Assembly (NCBI RefSeq): GCF_009834535.1
Contig: NC_045696.1
Span: forward strand, 121,708,001-121,772,000
Length of the DNA: 64,000 nucleotides
Reading direction: 5' to 3'
Origin: Camelus ferus
Lineage: Eukaryota
The notes below the pieces were generated by a model. The model ran no database searches, was not told the origin of the DNA, and was given only the letters and a program-made list of their open reading frames with translations. Shown here one piece after another: positions 26,344 to 38,359 of the stretch (its first letter is position 1; each line of letters opens with the position of its first letter). The position numbers were made by a program, and so were the translations under genes.

Positions 26344-27754
26344 CTGAAAAGTAGAGTGAAAAATCACCTTCCTCTTCTTCAGCGGTATAAAGCGTTTGTT
26401 CATCTGGTTATTTTTCCTCACTCAGTGAGCAGAAGCACATTTTACTGAATAAATCCTGCAGGATTTTCTCAAGACAAAGCACATTTTCAGGGGCTTCTGA
26501 AGACGCTGTAATCTAAGGGGCAGAGCCCGGGGTAGGGTCCAGGCCGGGACGGGGCTTGCAGCAATGTGATCTGGAGTCAGCCCACAGCCCCGCCGTCCCC
26601 CGACAAGGGGCAAGCCTAGTCTCGCTCCTTTGCTTTGATTCCCCTCCATAAAGCAGGAGAAATACCTGTTTGTGAGAGTGAGAATGAAAAGCTATCAACA
26701 GCAGAAAGCTCTATATAAAAAGATGTTAAAAAAAAAAACAAAAACATAAAACCAGAAAGCGCCCTCTGCACGGGCACCATGCCGGATCGAGTTCTTTGTT
26801 TTAGTCTAGTTCCTTTCCTATACGATCTATGGTACTTGTCCCTGGGTAGAAAGATATATCCTCTTAAATCAGAAGATATGATGTCTGTGTAGTAGGGTTT
26901 TAGAAACTCTTGTCAGCAGACATCCGCCCCGTAACTGAGGCATGAAGAAAATGAGTTTAGAGCATATAAGATGGAGGTGTTTTCTTTGTATTTACATGTT
27001 CATCAGTGACCTTTCAAATACTTAGTTCAAATAAACATTTTGGCAGCCCCAGTCTTCATGTCTTTTTTTTTTTTTAAGAAAAAAGTTAAATTGGCTTAAA
27101 GAGCATAATTCATTTTTTAGTAAAACCTACAAAAGCGTCAAACAATGCCCATTCTTTTATTCAGGTTAACAATACCATTTTAATGATTTAATGTTGGAGA
27201 TTAGCATCCTGTTCACAATTATTCTGCAATTTATGGGGTTTTCCTCCCTTTGAAACTGGCCCCACCTGCAGGCTACAGGAATTTCTCAAGACACGGAACA
27301 GGATTCTGAGACCTCACCTTAATCCTTTAGTACTAAATATACATCAGGTATGTTCTTAAGGATGCAATTTTTTATATAACCTGGGTTCTCATTTCTTTCT
27401 GACATTTTAGGTGTTATTTTTTTTCTTTTTGTTGCTAATTCTCCTACCTTTCCAGTTTAAATATCAAGTTTTTCTTGATAGCAAGAAACAAGAAAAAAAA
27501 TTGTTACTGGAGACTTTTTTCTATTATTTCTTGTGAGACTTTATTTATTTACTTAACCAATCCTTAATTTTTTTCAGATGCCGAAAGTTGAACAAATAGC
27601 AAGAAAAAAAGCACAAAAATAGCAGGCACATTAGGATAATGCAATTTTAGATGATTTTTTAAATGCTCCTTATTGTTAGTGCTGTTTGTGCAATAAACAA
27701 AATTCAAGAGAAAAAAACAAGCAGTTTTTAAGTAGTTACAAAAATGTGCTTCTA

Positions 27755-27905
27755 GGGGGGAGGGTGCAGCTCAGTGGTGGAGCACGGGCTCAGCACGCAC
27801 GAGGTCCTGGCTTCAACCCCCAGCACCTTCATTAAGAAAAATAAAAATAAAAGTATATAAATAAAAAAAACCTAATTACCTTCTCCTGCCCTCCCCCAAA
27901 CATTT
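27755..27905 (+). mobile_element. tRNA-derived SINE (camelid vic-1-like)
   Basis: ggggggagggtgcagctcagtggtggagc (A box) ... ggcttcaacccc (B box). Flanked by a tgcttcta direct repeat. Confidence 0.75.
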
Positions 27906-29420
27906 AAATGCTTCTACTTTAATTTTTTTCCAAGAATAAGAGAATTTCAACAATCTGTAAAGCTAAGTAAGTATGAATACAAGTGTGATGGTTACTGTTC
28001 ATTCATTCTACAATACTCATACTATTCTGTCTGAAATGCCCATCCATAATAAGAGGTTTTCTACAGGAACTATAGGAATAAAATATAATAACATGGAGTT
28101 TTCTTAATTAAATATGAAATGAAACATGTTTCCCTCAATGGTATACTCACCTGACAAATGCTGCTTGATTTTTACTTACTAAATGAACATTTCTTTGAGG
28201 CCATTTAATCTCATGGTCAGACTGATTATCCCCCCAGTTATGACTACACCCCGTTTCACACACAGTTGGGAAGCAGCCGTGCAGAAACAAAGAATGGACA
28301 GGTTCTCTTTGGAGAGCAAGAGAAACCTGTGATAAAGAGGTCAGTTCAAAGACATCACCCAGAGGGGTCCGGCCTCAGTATTTCCAAGGCAATAGCGTGA
28401 GGAGATGTGAAGCCACACTGTATCCCTGCACCCACTGGGCTCCATTCTAACCCATCTGTACGGGCGTAAGTTATCCTTGGCTCTGTCCCCCTCCTTGCAT
28501 TCCATGGGGCCATCTCCTGCCCCTGTGGACGCCCAAGACCACCTGTTTCTACCACTCCCATCTCTGCCAGAGGCCAAGTAAGAAAACAGCTCTCACACTA
28601 CAAGCACGACAGACTCGTTTAATCCTTACCAGCGATCTTACTGCACAGGGAAGAAAACCAAGTTAAGAAACTTGCCCACACGAGTCACCAAGGAAGTGGC
28701 AAAACTGGGACGTGAGTCCAGTCGGGGACGGGCTCCCAGGTCTCAGCATCAAACCCCCGGGTCGTTTTCTCTCTCTTGCTGTAACGAATTACCGGTGCAA
28801 ACACCATTTCGCACACGCGCAGAGACGCACATAGGACAGACCCCCCCCCCCCCACCCAGAAGCAGGTTCATTAAGTACGAACGTGTACACCCCATTGCTT
28901 TCCTCTGTCCTGAGTTACAGCGCCTGGAGCTCTGGGCAGGCATTTGGCTGGCTCACCCAGCATCAAGCACACAGCAGAGATGCAATAAATCTTGTATTCT
29001 TTGCTTTCTCCCCCATTCAACAAGTATCTACTGGACATCTGTCCTCTTAGGTTCCAGACACTGTTCTGGGTGTTGGGGAATACGTTAGTAAACAAACCAG
29101 AAAAAACTCTGCCCTAAGGAATCCAAGCTCCAGAGGAAATTAACTAATAGGTAAATCCATGTGATGTCAGAAGTGATAAATACCAACAAGAAAAATAAGG
29201 CAAAGAATGATGCAATGCCTGAGCTACCATTTAACGAAGTGGTCATCAAATTCATAAATGCATAAAATATTTCTGATGTGGGTGTTGATCTCAGCAGCAT
29301 TAATAACCATGAAAACATTTAAACAATTCAAGTGTCCAATAGCAAAGGAGAGACAGTCCTGGTACCTCTCCCACTCAGCAGGTTTGAGGTTTAAACGAGT
29401 TGATAACAAAAACAAGAAAG

Positions 29421-29532
29421 AGGGGGAGAGTATAGCTCAAGTGGTAGAGTGCATGCACAGCATGGGTCCAATCCCAAGTACCTCCTCTAAAAATAAATAA
29501 ATAAACCAAATTACCTCCCTCCCCGCCCTGCC

Positions 29533-29561
<29 letters not shown>
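29421..29561 (+). mobile_element. tRNA-derived SINE (vic-1-like) with long poly(A)
   Basis: gggggagagtatagctcaagtggtagagtgcatgc...aatcccaagtacctcc followed by an A tail. Confidence 0.75.
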
Positions 29562-29563
<2 letters not shown>

Positions 29564-32269
29564 CACAACACCCCTCTCCAAAAAAACCAGAAAGAGTGGA
29601 GCCTGGGTATCTAAATTCCACCTGCAAAATTCTTTCATAGAAAAATAGGCTTAGTTCCCCAAAACCAACAGTATATCAATAAATTATGCTGTTCATAAAT
29701 TGAAAAAACACTTAAGACACCAACACACTAACAATCCAGCAACAGCAGAAATCTCACTTGTTAGTTTCTGACTTTACAACTTCTGTGCAAATCTCCAACT
29801 GAAATTCTTCTAATCCTGAAGAGCTTTGCATGAGAGAAAACACCTTTTTTTTTTTTACATTTTTACATTTCCCTTACTTTGAAGATGAAAGAACAGCCTG
29901 CATATGAGAATCAGCAAAATGAAATTCAATGTCAATTACTGAATTTCTTTCAACAGAAGAATGGGTCAGCAGGAAAAAACAAACAAACAAAAACTCCATA
30001 AGCTAAGCGTGGACCCTAACATCAGAAATGACAGAGCTACTTCTACTGAAAAGGACGTTTACTAGTGTTCATATTAATCTAGTAGCATTAGGAATAAAGG
30101 TTAGCCAATCATAGTAGTAAGATTTCTACTTCATTAAGACACCCTCTTACAGAATATTTACATAGCATCAGTGCACACTGGGTTTGAGCAAGTCCAAGCT
30201 ACTTAGGATACGGTTTGCAATTTGCATATGGTTTCCAAAAGAAGTGCATTAACACTCAAGATCTGACATCAAAGAATTACACTGAGTGACGCTTCACACC
30301 ACCTCCGGTTACAGACACTGTGCAGCCTCACGGACTGAACTCACTACCCGTGAGGCTGTGGTTCTGTATTAAATGCATTTCATTCCCTGTCCCCTCAAGA
30401 AGATCCACACTTCAGTTTTTACAACAGATGTCCAAAACATCTATTAAAGTTCAAATTCCCCTTTTTTTAAGAGGTTTTCTAAATTAGCCCTATTCTGACC
30501 CAATGCCACAGCCCTGATTTCGAGCTGGTCATGATGGTTGTTCAGCTACTCCAGCCCTGAGGGGGGGTTCTGGCTTTCAGTTGTCCGGGCTCCCCTAAGT
30601 TCCCTGTGGGCAGTGTGGGGACCAGCCTCTCATCCCCAACCTCTGTGGGACACGCTGCACTCACTCACGGGGTGTCTGATTCTGCAGAGCCAGTTTTTCC
30701 AGAGCAGGGCTTGGAACTGGTGCCCAGCCCGCCCCATGCCTGGCCTCCTGCACTGGGTTAGGGAGCCAGCCCCCAGCACCCAGCTTATATCCACCAGGCT
30801 GGGCGAAAGCATGGTGCTTATTAGTCAATCCCAACAAAAGTGAGTGATGCAAGACAGATTACTGGGGACTGAATAAGGCGGGCAGCGAATGGCCCTCTTA
30901 TTCTGCTTCTGTGTGGAGATGCTTCCTTCCCACTGGCCGTCCAGTGTTCCGGGAGGGTTGGGATACAGGAGGCAGCCCCCAGGCCCTGTCCTGGGCACGC
31001 ACATTTCCCAGGACACACACAACTGATGCATGTGCCCAGAAGAAATGCTTGCCTCCAGCCCTGAGCCTCCCTCTCCCTTGATGTTAATTGGGTGGAATTG
31101 CTGCCAATGCTGCCCCCTCCTGAGAGCCCAACAAACACACTAATCCACCAAAACAGTGCCTTCTGTGCAGGTCCTGAGATGGACCATCAGAGGAAGGATG
31201 GAAACATTGCTGGTCTGGGGCAGGTTGAGGGGCCGGGGGGGGGGGGGGGGAGAGTCGAGGAAGGGGGTTTCAAGTTCAAGGATGGCTATGTTGAAGCACT
31301 CCCTTCAACCACCTCTTTCACCCATTTCCCCAGAAGCTCAGGATCTGTGCTTCCCAGAGCAGCAGGGCAGAGCAGGGGGTCCATGAGTAAACCCAGGATG
31401 CCCAGGGAAAGCAGGAACGCTGTCACTCTCCCACCTGTAACTCTTCACTGCTGCCCGACAGAAAGGCTATGGACAAAGAGCTGGGAGCATCCGCGGTGGG
31501 GGCCCACCCCTCAGAGGGTAGGGGAGTGGGTGGGTCACTTGGGTCCTGGGGACTCTTGCACACAGGTTCCATCTTAACTGGAATGATGGATTCAGCTGAG
31601 CAGCAGTTGCTCCATCGTCCTTGGGGCCTGGGCTCCTGGGTTCCTGTTGCCTCTAGCTGTGGTCTGACGGATGTCAGGCAACCAGACTCCTCTGGTCTTC
31701 ATTTCATAAAGCAATTTTCACAAGCAATGAAAGCCCTCTCTGGGGGGCAGCTTTTGCAACAGGAAATGGCAAAGGCTTCAGCAGAGAAATGGAGTCAATG
31801 ATCTGTAAATCCACTTTTTTTTCAAAAAAGAACATAACTTAACATCTTTATTCTCTCACCGATTACATATGTTGTGGCACCAGGGTGAGAGCCCTTCCCC
31901 GGCGGGGGCGGCGGGCTGGCACACAGGCACGGTTTGCCTGGTGCCACCCGCCAAGATCCCCCTTGGCTGTCACCCTCCAAAGCCTGGTCCCGCAGTCTCA
32001 GCGTTGATGCCCTGGCTCCCTTTGCAGGTGGCACTGAAAACACTACTTCACAGGGAGCTTGTCATTCTTTTTTAAACCTCCAGTGTAAGGACGAGCCCCT
32101 ACCCGTGGGGTTTTCCCCGTTTCCTTCTCACAGCAGCCAGCGTTTGGGGCCCTTGCACATGATTTCATCTACTGCTTTCAGGGAAGGGTGCATGTGGTAT
32201 TCACAGCACAACTGCACCCATGAGGATGTGCTGCTGCCCAGAACAGTTTTCCAAGATTCAAGACGACAA

Positions 32270-32785
32270 TTTTAGTTAAGCCAAGAACTCCTATGTGACT
32301 TTGCAGTTCGACTCCCAAAGAATCCTGAACAGAGACTCAAAACAAGTACACACACACCCGTGTTCCCTGCAGCATATTCACACTTGCCAAAGGGTGGAGA
32401 CCACACAACTGTCCATCAAAAGATGATGGATAAAAAAAATGTGGCAAATACACACACGGACTATTGTTGAGGCATAAAAAGGAGAGAAACGCTGACACCT
32501 TTACAACGTGAATGAGCCCGGAAGACACTACAGCCAGAGAGAGAAGCCCGGCACAAAGTGCCACATAACGTCTCATTCCACGCAGGTATAGGTAAACCCA
32601 CAGACTGGTGGTGGCCAAGGAAGGGCCGGTGGGGAGAAACAGTTCACAGGGGTGAAGGGTCACCCTTTTGAGTGAAGGACATGATTTTGGAAGCAGGTGG
32701 AAAGTCGCACATTGTGAATATACTGAATATTAACTTTAAAATGGTTTGTTTTACGTTATGGGAATTTCAATTTCAATAAATTATT
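32270..32785 (+). mobile_element. old L1 3' fragment
   Basis: caactgtccatcaaaagatgatggataaaaaaaatgtggcaaatacacac ... tttcaataaa. Confidence 0.6.
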
Positions 32786-34562
32786 CTTTAAACGAACTTC
32801 TCCGCTTCGCTCTCCTACGTAGCCATGCCCACAACAGCCTGAGCGGGCGGTGCCGCCGGAGCGTTCTGCGTCTGGAGCCCCACAGTTGTGTGAGCTGCCA
32901 GGTCCTCACTCCTGTGACTCCGGGCAGAGCCGCTGAAGCCCCGTCTTTGGGAGCAGGATGGGTGTCCTCTCCCCAGGGGCTCACACGCGCACCTCACCTG
33001 CTGGGTCACTGGATATGACTGGAAACCGCGGGCTCCTCTGTGCACGCACGGCCTCCCGTCCCTCCTGCGCGCACGGCCAGGGCCAAGCACCTCCCAGCGC
33101 GTCCGCGCACTCAGCCACGCACGTGTGCACAGCCAGGGGGTGGTCTGCAGTCGAGGTCACGGAGAGGACGTGACCGCCAGTCGACCCAGAGCTGACCCGG
33201 GCGTTCGGAGGCTCCTCGCGCCTCCCCTGTGCGGTGAGCGGACGGTCCACCCGGGGGATCCCAGAGCGCAACTTTGGGAGAGGTGATGTGGTGCTGAACG
33301 TCACGCGGCTGAACCCCAGCAAGGCCTCCAGGGGAACAGGACGATGCTGGCGGGCGGCGCGGAGATCTGCTCACTTGGCGGCACCCAGGACACGCCTTGT
33401 AGGTGAATCCCTCTGGAGGGACCTGCCCCTTCTTCTGCACCTCCCCGCCCACTGGGGACCCAGCCAATTTCAGGTTTCACCCTGGAAGCTCCCCAGATTG
33501 CGAACCAGCACAGCTCCGGCCCTAACCCACCTCTCCCTCCCTGGGAGCCCCAGAGCCCTGAAGAAGCCTTAAGTTGTAAACAATAACAGTACAATAATAA
33601 TACAATAGGATGGCTGTGGGGGAGGGACAGACAAGTTTTACGGGGTCTAGGAAAGAGAAAAAGACTGAGCCTGTGGGCAGAGGCAGCCTCTGCCCCGGGG
33701 CACCCCACTCCACAGTGCAGGGTGGCCGCTGGGCTGAGAGGAGGTGCCTCACAGGACTCTTCAGCCCCTATTCCCACCCCGCACCCACCGAGGGAGGGGA
33801 GTGGCATTTGTCATTTCCAAGTTCAAGTTTTCCAAGTCAGGTGGGCATCCCCCGCCCAACAGGGGAGAGTGGAATAAAAAGATGGGGGAACTTGGACCCC
33901 TGAGCCCCCCAGTGTGGTGAAGCCCCTGAGCAACGAGCAGTCAGTGAAATGCTCAGTGAGAAGAGGTCACTACATAATACTACATTCATAACAGGCAAAT
34001 CATAAATAAAGCATCACACAAATGAGTATAAACACAAACACAAACAATAAAAAAGGGCAGGGCCCTCATGTGTGGGTGACACAGCAAAGCCAGGAGCCAT
34101 TTCACAGGGACTCTGACACCTACCCTTGTGTCCCCGCTGCTCACTGACTGAACTACAAACATTTAGCAAGAAAACCCTATAAATTTATATGCGAACTGTC
34201 ATTAGCAGTAATCACACTCTAGTCTAATCCCTCTGAACAAGGTTGGTCTCATTCTTTTATATTCCCTAAATACCTATTAGAATGTTCTAGCTACATGGCA
34301 AAATACTGAGATGAATGTAAAGACTAGTTAATGATGCAAGCTAATTTTGAAATTAAACTTTCTGAATTGAAGTGTATTACTGCTTGCCTGTTTCATTACT
34401 AACACCAAGATAAATCTTAAAATCTTTATGTATCCAAATGAGTCAAATGAGAACAAGAGGTAGGTTAAATCATTCATATACATACAGGACCAGAGAAATC
34501 ACACAAAATACAGCTTGTCACAAAGATCAAAGACACAAAAGCAAACAAAAAAACTGACCTTA

Positions 34563-35191
34563 TATTAGAGCAGGCAGATGGCTAAGACATGAGCAGAGAA
34601 AGGGGGACACAGCCCAAATGGCAGGAATTGGGCAGAAAAGAGGGGCAAATTCAGGAAACCCTACATCATGTAAACAACAGGGGTCCCTGGGCAGAGAAAG
34701 AAAAGCAGGACCCTCCGGGCTGATTAAGTGGTCACATATTTTGAGATGACAAGTGGCCTGGAGGCTAACAAAGAAAGGTGGGGAAAGACAGGACTTTCCA
34801 GTGTCCCGATGTAACCTTTTGCTCATTATGCCCTCATTTCAATAAAATTAGCCTTGCAGATTGGAAGTACCCATCATGCACTGATACTTCCAATCCGGAC
34901 TAAGTAAGGACAAAATCCCTTCCCACCTTGGGAAGGTGGAGCTGGGATGAAAATCAGGGAATACGACCCCAAAGCCTTCCCTCCCAATGAATATTCTGCC
35001 CATTCATTTTTACACCCTATGTAATCAACTTGCCAAAGAAACACAGGGCAGCCGCTCACCGGAGCCTGCCCGCTCTCCCCTTGAGAGTGTGCTATCCATC
35101 CCTTAATAAATCCCTACCTGACTTTCTTAACTTCTGCGTCCCATCTCTGAATTCTTTCTGTGACAGGACAAGAACCTAGTCACTGGCAACA
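34563..35191 (+). mobile_element. ERV solo LTR
   Basis: aataaa at about 35105, end gacaagaacctagtcactggcaaca, possible 4-bp TSD ctta/ctga. Confidence 0.7.
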
Positions 35192-35482
35192 CTGAAAGTA
35201 AGTCTGCTCTTACTACATTTTCAAAAACAGCCACATATTACATCAGATAATTAAGGTTACAAAAATATGACATACTAACTTCATATGACATTTAAGCTTC
35301 AGACAGAAAAGAACTTCTTTACAAATAAAATTACAAAGCATCTCATCAATAAAGACAGTTTAAAACTTCTTTTAAAAGGTATAAAACTTGGTCATCTTAA
35401 AAGGAAAACATTTCAAATCCATGTCTTACATATCATAATCCAAAAATCAGACATATCAATTACTTACAGCCCAGAGTGTTAC

Positions 35483-35600
35483 CTGTCCAACCAGTATAAG
35501 CAGAGCAATCATGGGGACCAGCTGTCTTCCGCCCTTCTTCCATCTGCTGTAGAAGATCCTTCATTTTGGTCTGGATCCGCTTTGTGAAATGATGAATGAT
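35483..35600 (-). pseudogene. LANCL2: LANCL2 pseudo-exon 2 (118 bp, open frame)
   Basis: IIHHFTKRIQTKMKDLLQQMEEGRKTAGPHDCSAYTGWT versus recalled IIHNFIRRIQTKIKDLLQQMEEGLKTADPHDCSAYTGWT. Splice sites ctcag| and |gtaaca. Confidence 0.93.
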
Positions 35601-35651
35601 CTGAGAACCAAAAGAAGACAGACATTTAAATTGCACAGGAATAGGATAGGG

Positions 35652-35787
35652 TGGGGGAGGGTATCTCTTAGTGGTAGAGCACTTGCTTACCAAGCATGAG
35701 GTCCTGGGTTCAATCCCCAGTACCCCCATCAAAAAAACTAACTAAATAAATAAACCTAAGTACCACCCCCTCCGCCCTGCAAAATAA

Positions 35788-35820
<33 letters not shown>

Positions 35821-35830
35821 AAGAAAGAAA
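35652..35830 (+). mobile_element. vic-1-like SINE ending in a (TAGA)n microsatellite
   Basis: gggggagggtatctcttagtggtagagc...gggttcaatccccagtacc, then (taga)n at about 35788-35820. Confidence 0.8.
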
Positions 35831-36159
35831 GGATAGAATAAAATAGAACAGGAATAATACTGTAGCAAATACTTCAACTAACAGTCTAAGTGGTAAAAAC
35901 AGACAGAAATTAATTGGCCCACTTCAATGCTTCATTGATTGGAGGGAGTCTTCCTTGCTTTTACAGGGTAAGTTTTAAAATGAGATAACACCCTGAATGA
36001 ACTGTAAGTCATCAGTAGAATCACGGAAAATAAGTTGCAGAAACCAAATGAAAAAAACAAGGAAAAAAAAAAAAAGAGGTGGATTTGACTACACAAATAT
36101 TATAACTTCTTTAAGTTAAAGAACGTAAGAAGGATGGTTTAAAAGTTAATGACAAGGGG

Positions 36160-37323
36160 AAACAAATGGGACCTAATGGAATTTACAAGCTTCTGCACAG
36201 CAAAGGAAACCATAAGTAAAACAAAAAGACAACCTATGGAATGGGAGAAAATTTTTGCAAATGAAACCGACAAAGGCTTGATCTCCACAATATATAAGCA
36301 GCTCATACAACTCAATAAGAAAAAAATAAACAACCCAATCCAAAAATGGGCAGAAGACCTAAACAAGCAATTCTCCAAGGAAGACATACAAATGATCAAT
36401 AGACACATGAAAAAATGCTCAATATCACTAATTATCAGAGAAATGCAAACCAAAACTACAATGAGTTACCACCTCACACCAGTCAGACTGGCCATCATTC
36501 AAAAGTCCACAAATGACAAATGCTGGAGAGGCTGTGGAGAAAAGGGGACCCTCCCTGACTGCTGCTGGGAATGCAGTTTGGTGCAGCCACTGTGGAAAAC
36601 AGTATGGAGATTCCTCAAAAGACTAGGAATAGACTTACCATATGACCCAGGAATCCCGCTCCTGGGCATATATCCAGAAGGAACCCTACTTCAGGATGAC
36701 ACCTGCACCCCAATGTTCATAGCAGCATTATTTACAATAGCCAAGACATGGAAACAGCCTAAATGTCCATCAACGGATGACTGGATAAAGATGTGGTATA
36801 TTTATACAATGGAATACTACTCAGCCATAAAAACTGACAACATAACGTCATTTGCAGCAACATGGATGTTCCTGGAGAATGTCATTCTAAGTGAAGTAAG
36901 CCAGAAAGAGAAAGAAAAACACCATATGAGATCGCTCATATGTGGAATCTAAAAAACAACAAACAAACAAACAAAAAACAAAAAAACCCAAACAAAGCAT
37001 AAATACAAAACAGAAATAGACTCATAGACATAGAATACAAACTTGTGGTTGCCAAGGAGGTGGGGGGTGGGTACAGATAGACTGGGATTTCAAAATTGTA
37101 GAACAGATAAACAAGATTATACTGTGTAGCACAGGGAAATATATACAAGATCTTATGGTAGCTCACAGTGAAAAAAAATGTTACAAGGAGTATATGTATG
37201 TTTGTGTATAACTGAAAAATTGTGCTCTACACTGGAATTTGACACAACATTGTAAAATGATTATAAATCAATAAAAAATGTTAAAATAAATAAATACATA
37301 CATAAAAATTTTTTTACAAGGAA
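36160..37323 (+). mobile_element. young 5'-truncated L1 (ORF2 C-terminus open, 3' UTR, tail)
   Basis: ORF 36149-36952 is an uninterrupted L1 ORF2 C-terminal region. 19-bp TSD aaaagttaatgacaagggg at 36141-36159 and 37324-37342. Confidence 0.92.
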
Positions 37324-38359
37324 AAAAGTTAATGACAAGGGGGAAATATTTGCAAATATAAAATATAAATAAAGGAAAACTATAACAATACACCTAAAAT
37401 TAGCAATGTACTCCATTTAAAAAAATCAAACATATGCAAAAATGTTCAATCACTTAGCAGTTAATGAAATGCAAATAAGTACAAGTACTAACCCTTGCCT
37501 ATCAGAGCAACAAATAAAAAATTAAAAAATATTAAGTCCCAAGGCTGCTAGGAGCTAAGGAAACAGGTATTTTTGTTCATTGCTAGTGATCTTTCTCAAG
37601 GGAAATTTGCCAACATTCTTAAACATGTAGCTGACAGTGTGTCCAGATTTTTCTGCCTTTGATGATTTTTGAAAACTCCAGCTGCTACATCAGTACCTGA
37701 CGTGTAGCAAAATCTCCAGTTGTGCTTATGAAACTGTCTCTCCGTTTAATTCTGCCTAATTTTTCCCCTATGCATTTGCATTTCTGTTATTTGGCATAGA
37801 TAAATTTACATTTTCCTGACAGATTTTATCATAAAGAAACGTCCCTCTGTGGGACTATAGGGAAAATGTTCTCACTACTGCATAGTTTGGGCTGTCAGGG
37901 CAAACTTTACAGAAATTTGGGATTCTGAGCTAAAGCAACCTTAACAATTAGTTACAATTGTATGTACATGCTGTGAAAGCTCCAGAGGTTTTCTTAACCC
38001 TGGAGGGATGTGTCTACATTTCTGAAAATTGAAAACAAATGGGCCTGTCTTTTTCAGAGAGATTTATTTATTCCAAAGACTTACACATTTCCAGGGAAAC
38101 TCTCTCAGAAAGGGAAAGAGAGACAGTTGCCCCTTCCCCCTTTGTAAAAAGCACAGAAAACTTATTTTTCTTCATCCCTTGAGTACAGTACAGAGTTTGT
38201 GTATGTAGGATATTTGACTTCCATTGCCCCATAGGTGAGACCTGGGACTCAGGGAACCACACACTGGTTATTTTCTGTCTGGTAAATCAAGAAATCAATG
38301 ATCCAGAAACCTCTTCTGTACATTCAAGAAAAAATTAACAAGTGCAAATATTAAAACTT

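Noticed and set aside
33375..33422. 48-bp minus-strand exon candidate (VPPEGFTYKACPGCRQ)
   Set aside because: The acceptor is preceded by a purine-rich tract and the peptide is unrecognised.
36149..36952. 267-aa ORF as a host gene
   Set aside because: It is the C-terminal part of L1 ORF2 in a 5'-truncated, TSD-flanked insertion.
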